64,000 nt of DNA from an uncultured Gemmatimonadales bacterium. Its GTDB lineage: Bacteria > Gemmatimonadota > Gemmatimonadetes > Longimicrobiales > Longimicrobiaceae. Each line of letters starts with the position of its first letter. Position 1 is the first letter of the stretch. The position numbers and the translations under genes were made by a program. This document shows, one piece after another, positions 48,383 to 60,448 of this stretch. The stretch is from positions 3,744,001-3,808,000 of the forward strand of contig OY970303.1 in the NCBI GenBank assembly GCA_963716255.1, in the 5' to 3' direction. Under the pieces are notes generated by a model. That model was not told the DNA's origin. It did no database searches and saw only the letters and a program-made list of their open reading frames with translations.

Positions 48383-49288
48383 TCAGGCGGCGGGGAGCGG
48401 CGCCGGCATCGCCTCCGGCGCCCGCGCGCCTCCGGGCGATTCCCGGCGCTCCGCGCCGGGGACCGCGAGCACGCTGCAGGGGGCGCCCCGCAGCGCCGCG
48501 GCGGCGTTGCTCCCCAGGTGGAAGCGGGCCGCCCCGGGGCGCCCGGTTCCCAGCACCACCAGGTCCGCCGCCCACTCCGACGCCTCGGCCAGGATCTCGT
48601 CCGCGGGCACGCCCAGGCGCACCTTGCACTGCACCCCGCGGGCGCGCGGCCGGCGCCCGCGCACGAAGGCGTCCAGCTCCCGCTGGGCCCTTTCCTCCCG
48701 CGCGGCGCGGGGGAGCGCCGACCGCGCGGGACCGTCCTCCACCACCCGCAGCGAGCGGAGGTGCGGGGGGCACCCCGGGCAGAGCGCCCCGGCCACGTCC
48801 AGCCCGCGCTCGTGCACCTCCACCCCCGCGTCGGTCAGGTCGGCGGCCAGCAGGACGCGCCGCGGCCCGCGCGCCAGCGAGGCGCGCTGCACCAGCACCG
48901 GCACCCCGGCCCGGCGCACCACGCCCTCCGCGGTGGTGCCCAGGAAGTGCCGCCAGACGCGGTTCCCGCGCGTGGCACCCACCACCAGCAGCTCCGCGCC
49001 CACCGCGCGCGCGGTCTCCGGCAGGCGCTCCGTGGCCGCGCCCTCCACCACGTGGAGCACCGCCGCCGTGCCGGGTGCGTCCGCGTGGAGGCGCGCCTCC
49101 AGGCGCGCCCGCAGCCCCGCCGCGTGGCCGCCGGACCCGGCGCCCCCCGCCGCCGCGGCGTCGAAGGCGTGCACCACGTGCAGCGTCGCGCCCAGCGCGC
49201 GCGCCGTCTCGGCCACGTGGGGGAGGAGAGGGTCGGGAGCGTCCAGCAAGGCGATGCCGGCAACGATCGTCCGCAGGGGGTGGAGCAT
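48383..49288 (-). CDS. Tandem-domain universal stress protein
   Basis: LHVVHAF, FLGTTAEGVVRRAGVPVLV, LGSNAAAALRGAPCSVLAV. Confidence 0.88.
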   Translation of the reverse strand: MLHPLRTIVAGIALLDAPDPLLPHVAETARALGATLHVVHAFDAAAAGGAGSGGHAAGLRARLEARLHADAPGTAAVLHVVEGAATERLPETARAVGAELLVVGATRGNRVWRHFLGTTAEGVVRRAGVPVLVQRASLARGPRRVLLAADLTDAGVEVHERGLDVAGALCPGCPPHLRSLRVVEDGPARSALPRAAREERAQRELDAFVRGRRPRARGVQCKVRLGVPADEILAEASEWAADLVVLGTGRPGAARFHLGSNAAAALRGAPCSVLAVPGAERRESPGGARAPEAMPAPLPAA

Positions 49289-49547
49289 GGTGCCTCGGGT
49301 AGCAGCCCGGTGTCCCGCGGGCGGGGACCTCCCCCGCCGTCCGGGAAGAAAGCTACGGCGCGGGGGTCGCGGGCACGTCGGGCGCCGGGGGTCGCGGGCG
49401 TAGGGGAACGCCACCCGGCGTCCGCCGCCAGGCGTCGAGAAAAACCGGACACGGAGTCCGCGGGCACCACCTTTCCCCCCGCGCGCGCGGCGCGTAGCTT
49501 CCGGCTGTGGTGTCCCCGCCGCTCCCCCTCCCCCGACCGCCGCGCCC

Positions 49548-51559
<2,012 letters not shown>

Positions 51560-51563
<4 letters not shown>

Positions 51564-52006
51564 GCAGCCAGAGCGTGTCCCGCCCCGTGGAGGTGCTGCT
51601 GGTGGAGGACAACCCGGGCGACGTGCGGCTGACGCGGGAAGCCCTCAAGGAAGGATCGATCCGCAGCCACCTGCACGTGGCCCGCGACGGCGTGGAGGCG
51701 CTCGCCTTCCTGCGCCGCCAGGGCGAGCACGCCGGCGCCCCGCGCCCCGACCTGGTCCTCCTGGACCTCAACCTCCCCCGCAAGGACGGCAGGGAGGTGC
51801 TCACGGAGATCAAGGAGGACGCGGCCCTGCGGCAGATCCCGGTGGTGGTGCTCACCAGCTCGCAGGCCGATGAGGATATCCGCCGCGCCTACGACCTGCA
51901 CGCCAACTGCTACATCGCCAAGCCGGTGGACCTGGACCGGTTCATCCACGTCGTGCGGTCCATCGAGGAGTTCTGGTTCACCGTGGTCAAGCTGCCTCCC
52001 GAGTGA
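51560..52006 (+). CDS. Single-domain response regulator (Rcp1-like)
   Basis: [37 protein letters not shown]. Confidence 0.92.
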
Positions 52007-52028
52007 TGCAGCTGGGGCGGTTTACGGC

Positions 52029-52166
52029 GGGTTCGGGCGTGTCCCCCGCGGGGCGCGGGGGTCGGGCTTCGGCTCCGTTGGGCTGCAAACAACGCAGCCC
52101 AACGGAGTCGAGCCCCGCGAAACTGCCCGCGGGTCTCGCCCCTTCGGGCCGGGATCCCTCACGCGG
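52029..52166 (+). repeat. Family A repeat, copy 10
   Basis: Central stem TTGGGCTGC/GCAGCCCAA. Confidence 0.95.
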
Positions 52167-52211
52167 GGCCCCCACCCGGCTCGCTTGAGGCTCGCACGGC
52201 TTACCCCCTAT

Positions 52212-53597
52212 CAGGTCGCTGAAAAACGGCAGCCTGGAGTGTGACGTGGAAAACTTCCACTCCAGAATCAGCGAAACGGGGCTTTTCCGGCGTATGGGGT
52301 GCCCGGTTTCCCGCCCGTGCAGCCATTTTCGGCGTGCACGGACGCACTGTGCCTCAGGCGAGGGCCTGCAAACCCGGCGCGAGGCGTGCCAGGCGCAGGA
52401 GGTTGTACGCGGCGCCCACGATCAGCGCCTTCTGCGTCAGCTTCCAGCGATCCACGTGGCGGCTCCGACGCATCCCGCCGATCTCCTTTGCCCAGCCGAA
52501 GATCTCCTCGATCCGCTTACGCTTGCGTTGCGAGAGGGCGTACTCCGGCGTACCCATCCGCTCTCGGGCTCGGCTGCGCGCTTCGGCTCCCTTGGCGTCC
52601 GGGTCGATCGGCCCCTCCGGGATCGGCACGTGCGCGCTCACACCGTCCTGATAGGCTGCCTGGAGGAACGGGCCACTGGGATAGCCCCCATCCAGCCCCA
52701 CCGTGCGCTCCACCGGCAAGTCGTGCCGAATCCGGCTGCGCTCCAGCAGCAGGAGTGCCTGGTCGCGCTCGCCCGTCCCGTCGGCCTCCACCACGCTGAC
52801 GTCGATGAGCAGCCCGTGCCGGTTCTCCATCAGCGCGTTCAGCAGATGGCACAGCCGCGCCGGCACTCCCTTGCTCTTGGTCGCCAGGCGCGCCTCGGGG
52901 TCCGTGAGCGAGCGGTGCGTCGCGTTGGTCCGCTTCTCTTTGCGGAAGTTCACCGAGGGATTGCTCGTGTCGCCGTCCTTCGAGCCGTCGCTGACCTTCT
53001 CGTCCGGGCTGCCGATCTTGCGCAGGCTCTTCATCGAGGCATAGCTCTCGATCAGGCTGCCATCGATCGAGAAGTGCTCCTGGCTCGCCAGTTCCTCCAG
53101 GTACGCCCCCTCGATGATCCGCTCGAAGAAGGTGCGCACCAGCCCGTGCTTCTCGAACCGATCCCGGTTCTGCGTGAACGTGGTCGCATCCCACGCCCCC
53201 GCATGCGGCTCCAGGTCCAGGAACCACCGGTAAGCCAAGTTCACTCCGATCTGCTCCACCAGCATCCGCTCCGAACGGATCGAGTGCAGCGCCTGAAGCA
53301 GCAGCGCCTTCAGCAGCATCTCCGGCGGGATACTCGCCCGTCCCAGAGCCGCGTAGGCGCGGTCGAACTCCGGACTCATCCCGGCCAGCACCGCATCGGC
53401 TCGCGCCTTGACCGCCCGCAGCGGATGCGTAGGCGAGAGCAGGCTCTCCGGATCGTAGAACATCCACATCGCGTGCTGCTGGCTGACTCGTCCGCGCATC
53501 GTGGCTGCTCCCCGAGAGTGTGAGGACAGGTTTTCCCCAATCTACGACGCCACACCCTCGCGCGCACGCGCGTGCGCACAAGCTTTTCAGCAACCTG
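52212..53597 (-). mobile_element. IS5-family insertion sequence
   Basis: 14-bp inverted repeats CAGGTCGCTGAAAA (52212) and TTTTCAGCAACCTG (53584..53597); CTAT direct repeat on both sides. Confidence 0.9.
52354..53499 (-). CDS. IS5-family DDE transposase
   Basis: IPPEMLLKALLLQ..SIRSER, YRWFL, FSIDGSLIESYASMKS, DGGY, RKRIEEIFGW. Confidence 0.93.
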   Translation of the reverse strand: MRGRVSQQHAMWMFYDPESLLSPTHPLRAVKARADAVLAGMSPEFDRAYAALGRASIPPEMLLKALLLQALHSIRSERMLVEQIGVNLAYRWFLDLEPHAGAWDATTFTQNRDRFEKHGLVRTFFERIIEGAYLEELASQEHFSIDGSLIESYASMKSLRKIGSPDEKVSDGSKDGDTSNPSVNFRKEKRTNATHRSLTDPEARLATKSKGVPARLCHLLNALMENRHGLLIDVSVVEADGTGERDQALLLLERSRIRHDLPVERTVGLDGGYPSGPFLQAAYQDGVSAHVPIPEGPIDPDAKGAEARSRARERMGTPEYALSQRKRKRIEEIFGWAKEIGGMRRSRHVDRWKLTQKALIVGAAYNLLRLARLAPGLQALA

Positions 53598-53728
53598 CTA
53601 TATCCCCCAATTCTGGGGGAGGGCTTCCCGCGCCTCCGCTTTGTCGTGCTCCCCCCAGGGGCCCGGGGGAGGGGGTCCGCCGTCGCCGTTGCAGGCTGTT
53701 CCCTGTTCCCTGTTCCCCAAGTAGCTCC

Positions 53729-54862
53729 GTGCCCACACGCATCCTGCTCGTCGAGGACAACCCCGGCGACGCGCGGCTGATCCGGGAGACGCTGCGCGAG
53801 GCGGAGTCGTTTCCCTTCGAGCTGGCGCACGCCGACCGGCTCGCGGCGGCCGAGGAGCGGCTGGCGGGGGAGGCGTTCGACGTGGTGCTGCTGGACCTGT
53901 CGCTCCCGGACGCGCACGGGCTGGAAACGGTGCGGCGCACCCTCGCGGCGGCGCCGGAGGCGCCGATCGTCGTGCTCACCGGGCTGGACGACGAGACGCT
54001 GGCGGTGGCGGCGGTGCAGGCGGGGGCGCAGGACTACCTGGTGAAGGGGCGGCTGGACGGAACCCTGCTGGCGCGGGCCATCCGCTACGCCGTGGAGCGC
54101 AAGCGATTGGAGCGCGAGCGCGCCGCGCTGCTGCGCAGCGAGCGGGAGGCGCGCGCGACGGCCGAGGCGGCGGTGCGCGCCCGCGACGACGTGCTGCGCG
54201 TGGTGTCGCACGACCTGGGGAACTCGCTGAGCGCGGTGCTGGTGACTACCACCCTCCTGCTGCGCTCCCTCCCCGCGGAGGGCGAGGTGCGGCAGCGGGT
54301 GGCGAGCATCCGCCAGCTCGCCGAGCAGATGCAGCGGCTGCGGCAGGACCTGCTGGACGTCGCCAGCATCGAGGCGGGGCGGCTCTCCATCGAGCCGGAC
54401 TGGTGCGAGCCGCGGGAATTGCTGGAGGCCACCCGCGAGCACTTCTCGCCCGTGGCGGCGGAGCGCGGCGTGTCGCTGCGGGTGGAGGCGGAGGAAAGGC
54501 TGCCGCCCGTGGTCGCGGACCGCGAGCGCGTGCTGCAGGTGCTCGCCAACCTGGTGGGGAACGCGCTCAAGTTCACCCCGGCTGGCGGACGCATCGAGCT
54601 GTCGGCGGGGCGGGACCCGGAGGGGGTGCGCATCGCCGTGGCGGACACCGGGCCGGGGATCGCGCCGGAGCACCTGCCGCACGTCTTCGACCGGTTCTGG
54701 AAGACGCAGGGCGGCAACCGACACGGCGCGGGGCTGGGGCTGGCGATCTGCAAGGGGATCGTCGAAGCGCACGGGGGGAGCATCGGCGCCCGGTCGGTGC
54801 TCGGCGGGGGCAGCACCTTCGCCTTCACCCTCCCCGCCGCGGAGACCGGGCCGGAGGAGTAG
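53729..54862 (+). CDS. Hybrid receiver-histidine kinase
   Basis: [46 protein letters not shown]. Confidence 0.9.
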   Translation: MPTRILLVEDNPGDARLIRETLREAESFPFELAHADRLAAAEERLAGEAFDVVLLDLSLPDAHGLETVRRTLAAAPEAPIVVLTGLDDETLAVAAVQAGAQDYLVKGRLDGTLLARAIRYAVERKRLERERAALLRSEREARATAEAAVRARDDVLRVVSHDLGNSLSAVLVTTTLLLRSLPAEGEVRQRVASIRQLAEQMQRLRQDLLDVASIEAGRLSIEPDWCEPRELLEATREHFSPVAAERGVSLRVEAEERLPPVVADRERVLQVLANLVGNALKFTPAGGRIELSAGRDPEGVRIAVADTGPGIAPEHLPHVFDRFWKTQGGNRHGAGLGLAICKGIVEAHGGSIGARSVLGGGSTFAFTLPAAETGPEE

Positions 54863-55274
54863 CCGGGAACGGCGAGACTCTGCGCCGCCCCGGCAACGGC
54901 GCGCGCGGCCTGCCTGTGGACACGGCGCCGCATGCGTTGCGGCGCCGGACCCCGTTTTCCGTCCGCCCTCGTTCAGCCTCCGGAAACCAGGATCAGGCCG
55001 CGGGGAGGCTGGGCGGGAGCGGAAATGGGGGACATGGAGCTCCTCCTGGAGACAGGTGGATGGGCCACGGGCTGCCTGTGTAAAATTTTGGAGCAATCTG
55101 CGTTTCGGAATCATCTGATCCCGCCGCGGCGTCCGGACGGTCCACTGGGGTGGGGGACCGTCCGCCGGCCGGTCCCCCACTTCGCACTCCGCTCCGGCCG
55201 GGTCACACGGAATCCGTGTAGATCAGGCTCTTCGGGGCGTCAGCAAGCCGCTGAAGGCAGGGATGCCGTGCAGT

Positions 55275-55325
55275 TCTCCCCCTTTCCCCCGCTTGCGGGG
55301 GAGAGGGGGCCGGGGGGTGAGGGGG
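55275..55325. repeat. Family B-like repeat
   Basis: CCCCTTTCCCCCGCTTGCGGGGGAGAGGGGGCCGGGGGGTGAGGGG. Confidence 0.55.
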
Positions 55326-55333
55326 TCCATCCT

Positions 55334-55489
55334 CGCGGACGCCAGCGCGATGCCCGCGTGAGGGATGCGAGCGCGAAGCGGCGAGACCCGGCGGCAGTTT
55401 GCCGGGGCTCGCCTCCGTTACGCACGGTTGTTTCGTGCGTTACGGAGCCGCAGCCCGACCCCGGCGCAGCCGGGGGCACGCCCGAGCCC
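55334..55489 (-). repeat. Family A repeat, copy 11 (divergent, compensatory changes)
   Basis: GGGATGCG.../CGCAGCCC and CGCGAAGCG variants. Confidence 0.92.
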
Positions 55490-55495
55490 AGCCGT

Positions 55496-58400
55496 TCACC
55501 CCGACACGGCGGCATCCGGCATCAGGCCCGCACCGGTACAGACGGCCAGGGGGAGCACCAGCCACTGCGCCTCCGTGCCGCCCCGCACCTCGCTGGGGAG
55601 AGCCCACGTCCAGTCGCCGCAGCGCAGCGTCCTCTCCGTTGCCCCCGCGTCGCGGAAGCCGAAGGAGCGGTACAGCTGCATGGCGTCCGCCACCCGCTTC
55701 TTGGCGGCGGAGCCCGCCCCGGGGTCCACGGGCACGCGCACCAGCAGCACCGAGTACGCGTCCCCCGCGGCCCCGCGGGCCAGGCGGCGGACCAGGTCGC
55801 CGCCGATGCCGATCCCCCACAACCCGGGCGGCACGTACAGGTCGTCGGCGTCCCACTTCAGCACCCTCTCGGCGCCGTGCCCGCAGACGACCGCGAGCTG
55901 GGTGGTGAGGCGCGTGCCGTCGGTGTAGCCCAGGTCCATCTCGTAGGCCAGCGCGGTGAAGTCCTTGTCGCCCGGCTTGGCCCGACCTCCCTGCTTTTCC
56001 GCCTCGCCCTTCCACTCCTGCTCCCGCTCCCGCTTCCACTCCCGGAGCGCGTGGCCGTCGCCCGCCGGCCCCACGCGCACGTCCGTGTGAAGGCGCGCGG
56101 CGAGCCCCAGCCGCCCCTCCAGGAAACGGGCGAAGGGGAGCGGGAAGCCCGCCTTGAGGAGCGGCCACCAGAGCGCCACCAGCGGGGCCGAGGTCCAGCG
56201 GGCGGCGTAGTTCATCACCCCCAGGTACACCGGGTGCGAGAAGTTGCGCTCCAGGTCCTCGCAGCGGTACAGCTCGTACAGGAAGTTCAGCGCGGCGCGC
56301 ACCGCGTGCAGCGTCGCCACCGGGTCGTCCGCCGCGGGCATGGCCTCGCCCTCCCGCCCGGGCTGCGCGCCGTACAGCTTGGGGATCCACACCCGGCCGG
56401 CCCCGCCGGAGCGCTCCAGCGCCGCGACCTCCGGGTACACCTCGCGCAGCAGCGTGGCGCACCCCGGCTGGCGGAGGGTCCCGTCCAGGGCGGCCACGCC
56501 CTCCGTGAAGCGGTGGAGCCGCTCCACGGCCCCGTCCGGCACCGCCAGCCACTCGCGCCGCGCCCCGGAGAACACAGACGCGGTCCACGCCCGCTGCGCG
56601 TCCTGGCCCGGCACCGCCTCCTCCCGCGGCACGCTCTCCGCCACGCGGCGCAGCGCGGTGAGGGCGGCGAACTCGCCCAGGCGGCGGTACGCTTCCCACT
56701 GCGCCTCGTCGTAGAACTGGTCGATGGTGGTCTCGTGGGGGAAGGCGGCGTTGCGGGCGCGGTAGTGCCCCACGTCCGCGGGCTCGCCGCCGGTCAGGGT
56801 GGGCTTGAAGATGAGCAGGACGCCCGTGTCGCCGTCCGGGTAGTGGATGTCGCCCGCCACCATGTGCTGCCGCGCGAGCCCGTCCGCCCCGGGCCGCAGG
56901 GGCGCGAGGTCGATGCGCACGTCCACCCCGAAGTCCACGCGCACGCGCCGCACCAGGTTGCCTACGTCCTCGAACGTCCGCTCCCCGTCCTGCCCGCAGT
57001 CCGAGGCCACGATCACGCGGCAGTGGCGGCGGATCAGCTCGTAGACCGCCGTGTTCTCGAAGTGCGCCCCGTCCGACAGGTGAACGTCCGCGCCGGTGGC
57101 GCTGGTGGCCCCCAGCAGCTCCTTGTAGAACGGGAGCCCCACCCAGTTGCTGCGGCCGCTCCAGACGCGGTGCGGCCGCCAGCCGGGCGCGTCCTCGCGC
57201 GGCTCCGGCTCCGTCCCCCCTGCCGGGTGCCTGAGCCACAGCCCCAGCCGCAGCCCGAAGGCCGCCATGAGGAAGGTGGCCGCCGGGCCGAAGTACATGG
57301 ACTTGGCGCCCATGTTGGAGTTGAAGGCCGCGCCCGAGGCGGTGATCGCCGAGCCCAACGTGGGCACCTTCCCCGGCGCGTCCGGCCACCCCGCCCAGGC
57401 CGTACCCACCGAGAACCCCGCCCGCGACAGCACGGCGCTGGCCGCCCCCCGGTACAGCCCCGCCAGGGGATCGGTGGGAGCCAGGTCGTTGGCGGCGCAG
57501 CACACCAGGTGCACGGGCCCGCCGGCGGGGAGCTCGCACAGGGCCAGGTCGTCCGCCCCGTCGTCCTCGGTGACGCGGCCCACGTCGGTGCGGGCGCGCG
57601 GGCGCGACGCGCCCAGGTAGGCCCGCGCGAGCCGCGACCGGTAGAAGGCGTGCAGCCCCACCTGCTCCGGCTGGTAGAAGAACACCGTCAGCACCGTCAC
57701 CGCGGCCGCGGCGGCCACGGCCACGCCGTACGGGTCCAGCAGCCCGTACGCGGTGCCCGCCATGCCGTGCGCGGCCGCGAGCAGCGCGACCATGCCTACG
57801 GCGATGGCGGCCAGGATGGGATACGCCACCACCTTGGGGAGCACCCCCCTGATCCGCTGCGAGAGCTTGGGGCCGCCGGCGGGCCGGCGGTCCTGGGACG
57901 CGAATTTCTGCAGGCGGGTCTGCACCCACACGGCCAGCGCGATGGAGCCGCCGCCCGCCGCGGCCGTCCGGGCGCCGTGGCCCGCGGCGAGGTGCGCCAC
58001 CACGGTCCCGGCGCACCACAGGAGGGCGAACACCGTCCACGCCACCGTCAGGAACACCAGCCGGCTGGACACCCGGTCCAGCCCGCAGCGGAGCGCCCGG
58101 CCCCACCCGTAGCGGGCGGTGCGGGAGAACAGGAACCTCAGCAGCAGGAAGCCCACCAGGGCGCCGGCCCACACGGCGGCGGGCACCAGCAGCACCAGCC
58201 AGTCCGTCGCCAGCGCGCTGTCGTCCAGGAACGGGAGGCTGCCCGCCGCGGGCGGGCCGCCCACGCTGTTCCCCGAGACGCCGGCCGCCGCCGCCCACCC
58301 CGCGCCCGCCACCAGCACCGCCAGCGAGGCGGCCAGCCAGTAGGCGATGCCCATCGCCCTTTCGCCGCGGTTCGCCCACGCCACCTCGGCCGCGAGCATC

Positions 58401-58996
58401 ACCACGGCGGTGAGGCTCGCGACGGTCCAGGAGCCGCCCGGCACGCGCAGACGCAGCGCCACCCCGTCCTGCACGGCGAACATCAGCGACGCCACGGCGC
58501 CCAGCCCCGCGAACACCAGCACCAGCAGCGACAGCGCGGCGAGCAGCGACGGCACCATCCCGCCGAGCGCCGCCACCAGCATGCGCCCGGTGTCGTAGCT
58601 GAACACCCCCATGCGGGGCGACAGGAAGTTGCTGAACTCGCGCAGGTGGCGGATCTCGTCCGCCTCGCGCCCCGAGCAGGGGTCCGCCGCGTCCGGGAAC
58701 ACGCTCCCGCCCCTGCGCTTGCGCCAGGCGCTCCAGAACCCGCCCAGGTAGCCGCCGCCGGACACGGTGGACACGTAGTCGAACGCGCCCAGCAGCTCCA
58801 GCCGGTTGAGCCCCTGCACCAGCCCCAGGTTGTAGGTGGCGCTGCGGATGCCGCCGCCGGAGAGCGCCAGGCCGTACAGGTCGCCCGGCGGGTGGACCAG
58901 CCAGTCCGCGCCGCCCGGGGGCGGCGGGTCCGGCAGCTCCAGCTCGGCCTGCACCAGCCCCTCGATGCCGGGGGCGTAGCACTCGTCAGTGGTCAT
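55496..58996 (-). CDS. Membrane-embedded patatin/cPLA2-like phospholipase with C-terminal GNAT-like domain
   Basis: LALSGGGIRSA, STVSGGGY, SGAAF, LSDGAHFEN, FPHETTIDQFYDEAQWEAYR; C-terminal YVPPGLWGIGIG...LYRSFGF. Confidence 0.8.
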   Translation of the reverse strand: MTTDECYAPGIEGLVQAELELPDPPPPGGADWLVHPPGDLYGLALSGGGIRSATYNLGLVQGLNRLELLGAFDYVSTVSGGGYLGGFWSAWRKRRGGSVFPDAADPCSGREADEIRHLREFSNFLSPRMGVFSYDTGRMLVAALGGMVPSLLAALSLLVLVFAGLGAVASLMFAVQDGVALRLRVPGGSWTVASLTAVVMLAAEVAWANRGERAMGIAYWLAASLAVLVAGAGWAAAAGVSGNSVGGPPAAGSLPFLDDSALATDWLVLLVPAAVWAGALVGFLLLRFLFSRTARYGWGRALRCGLDRVSSRLVFLTVAWTVFALLWCAGTVVAHLAAGHGARTAAAGGGSIALAVWVQTRLQKFASQDRRPAGGPKLSQRIRGVLPKVVAYPILAAIAVGMVALLAAAHGMAGTAYGLLDPYGVAVAAAAAVTVLTVFFYQPEQVGLHAFYRSRLARAYLGASRPRARTDVGRVTEDDGADDLALCELPAGGPVHLVCCAANDLAPTDPLAGLYRGAASAVLSRAGFSVGTAWAGWPDAPGKVPTLGSAITASGAAFNSNMGAKSMYFGPAATFLMAAFGLRLGLWLRHPAGGTEPEPREDAPGWRPHRVWSGRSNWVGLPFYKELLGATSATGADVHLSDGAHFENTAVYELIRRHCRVIVASDCGQDGERTFEDVGNLVRRVRVDFGVDVRIDLAPLRPGADGLARQHMVAGDIHYPDGDTGVLLIFKPTLTGGEPADVGHYRARNAAFPHETTIDQFYDEAQWEAYRRLGEFAALTALRRVAESVPREEAVPGQDAQRAWTASVFSGARREWLAVPDGAVERLHRFTEGVAALDGTLRQPGCATLLREVYPEVAALERSGGAGRVWIPKLYGAQPGREGEAMPAADDPVATLHAVRAALNFLYELYRCEDLERNFSHPVYLGVMNYAARWTSAPLVALWWPLLKAGFPLPFARFLEGRLGLAARLHTDVRVGPAGDGHALREWKREREQEWKGEAEKQGGRAKPGDKDFTALAYEMDLGYTDGTRLTTQLAVVCGHGAERVLKWDADDLYVPPGLWGIGIGGDLVRRLARGAAGDAYSVLLVRVPVDPGAGSAAKKRVADAMQLYRSFGFRDAGATERTLRCGDWTWALPSEVRGGTEAQWLVLPLAVCTGAGLMPDAAVSG

Positions 58997-59129
58997 GGGA
59001 CGGGAAAGGAGGGGGGCGGTGCTGCGGGAGGAGGGCGCCGCGACGTGCGCTCGGCACGGTAATGCGGCCCCTTGCGAGCGTCAATCTTTTCAGTCGGGGA
59101 AGCCGGGGCCGCCGTCCGACACCGGAGCC

Positions 59130-59160
59130 GCGTGAGGGATGCCCGCCCGGACCCGCCGTT
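59130..59160 (-). repeat. Family A repeat, internally deleted copy (ends only)
   Basis: GCGTGAGGGAT joined directly to GCCCGCCCGGACCCGCCGTT. Confidence 0.6.
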
Positions 59161-59169
59161 CGAAGCCGT

Positions 59170-59838
59170 TCAGGCCGTTCCCAGCCTGGCCTTCAGCACC
59201 CCGGTCTCCAGGGCGAAGCGAACCAGCTCGGCGCGGTGCGTGAGCCCCAGCTTCTGCATCAGGCGCGAGCGGTAGGTGTCCACCGTCTTCGGCGACAGGA
59301 ACAGCTTCCTGCCGATCTCCCCGGAGCCGTACCCCTCCGCCGACAGCTTCAGCACCTCGCGCTCCCGCTCGCTCAGGTCGTGCAGCGGGTCGTTCTCGCC
59401 GTGCCCCGCCGTCTTGTAGCCGCGCAGCAGGAGGCGCGTGGCGCTGGGGTACAGGAACACCTCGTCGCGGGCCACGGTGCGCACCGCCAGGATCAGGTCC
59501 CTGTCGGCGCTGGTCTTCTGGACGTAGCCGCTGGCGCCCGCCTCCAGCACCGGGAGCAGGTACTCCTCTTCCGCGTGCGAGGTGAGGATCAGCACCCGCG
59601 TCCCCGCGTCCAGCGCCATGACCTGGCGGGTGGCCTCCATCCCGCCCATCCCCGGCATCGCCAGGTCCATCACCACCACGTGGGGGCGGAGGGCGCGCAC
59701 CCGCTCGATCGCCTCCTCGCCCGTGGACACCTCGCCCACCACGTCCATGTCCGGCTCCAGGCCGAGCAGCGCGCGCAGGCCCCCGCGGAGCACCGCGTGG
59801 TCGTCGGCAAGAAGGACGCGGATCTTGTCGGGTATCAT
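59170..59838 (-). CDS. NarL/NreC-type response regulator
   Basis: LLADDHAVLRGGL, MDLAMP, LSEREREVL, SPKTVDTYRSRLMQKL. Confidence 0.93.
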   Translation of the reverse strand: MIPDKIRVLLADDHAVLRGGLRALLGLEPDMDVVGEVSTGEEAIERVRALRPHVVVMDLAMPGMGGMEATRQVMALDAGTRVLILTSHAEEEYLLPVLEAGASGYVQKTSADRDLILAVRTVARDEVFLYPSATRLLLRGYKTAGHGENDPLHDLSEREREVLKLSAEGYGSGEIGRKLFLSPKTVDTYRSRLMQKLGLTHRAELVRFALETGVLKARLGTA

Positions 59839-59884
59839 CGCTCACCAGGTTGAAAAAGGAGAATCCGGAGCTCGCCCCCCACCC

Positions 59885-60445
59885 TCACACCAGCCCGGCG
59901 ACGGCGGCCCCCACCCCGTACGACACCGCCGCCGCCACGGCGCCCACCAGCAGCATCTCCAGCCCCGCGCGCCACCAGCGCAGCGAGGTGACGAGCGCCC
60001 GCAGCGCGCCCACCACGAACAGCGTCACCAGCGTCATCGCCACCGCCACGCGCAGCCGCAGCTCCGGCGGGGCGAGCACGTAGGGGACGAGCGGCACGCT
60101 CCCCGCCACCACGAAGGCGCCCAGCGTGGCGAGGCCGTGCCGGAAGGGGAAGGGCTCCTGCATGGCCTCGCCGCGCGTGGCCCGCACCGCCTCTTCCGAG
60201 CGGATGGAAAGGAAGCTGCTCGCCCCCATGGAGAAGCCGTCCGCCAGGAGGTTCGCCACGCCCAGGATCAGGGCCACCGCGGGATCCAGCGCCGCCCCGG
60301 CCACCCCCGTGACCACCGCGAAGGTGGTGATGATGCCGTCGTTGGCGCCGTACACCAGGTCGCTCAGGTAGTGGCGCACCAGCTCCACCCCGGGGCCGGG
60401 CTCGTGGCTGCGGCGAAGCTCCCGCAGCTCGGGTGAGGCGGCCAC
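59885..60445 (-). CDS. VIT1/CCC1-family transporter
   Basis: DLVYGANDGIITTFAVV, ANLLADGFSMG. Confidence 0.88.
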   Translation of the reverse strand: MAASPELRELRRSHEPGPGVELVRHYLSDLVYGANDGIITTFAVVTGVAGAALDPAVALILGVANLLADGFSMGASSFLSIRSEEAVRATRGEAMQEPFPFRHGLATLGAFVVAGSVPLVPYVLAPPELRLRVAVAMTLVTLFVVGALRALVTSLRWWRAGLEMLLVGAVAAAVSYGVGAAVAGLV

Positions 60446-60448
60446 CGG

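Noticed and set aside
53695..53718. Heptamer tandem (CTGTTCC)x3, and (GGACGCG)x3 near 33630
   Set aside because: Too short to assign a function.
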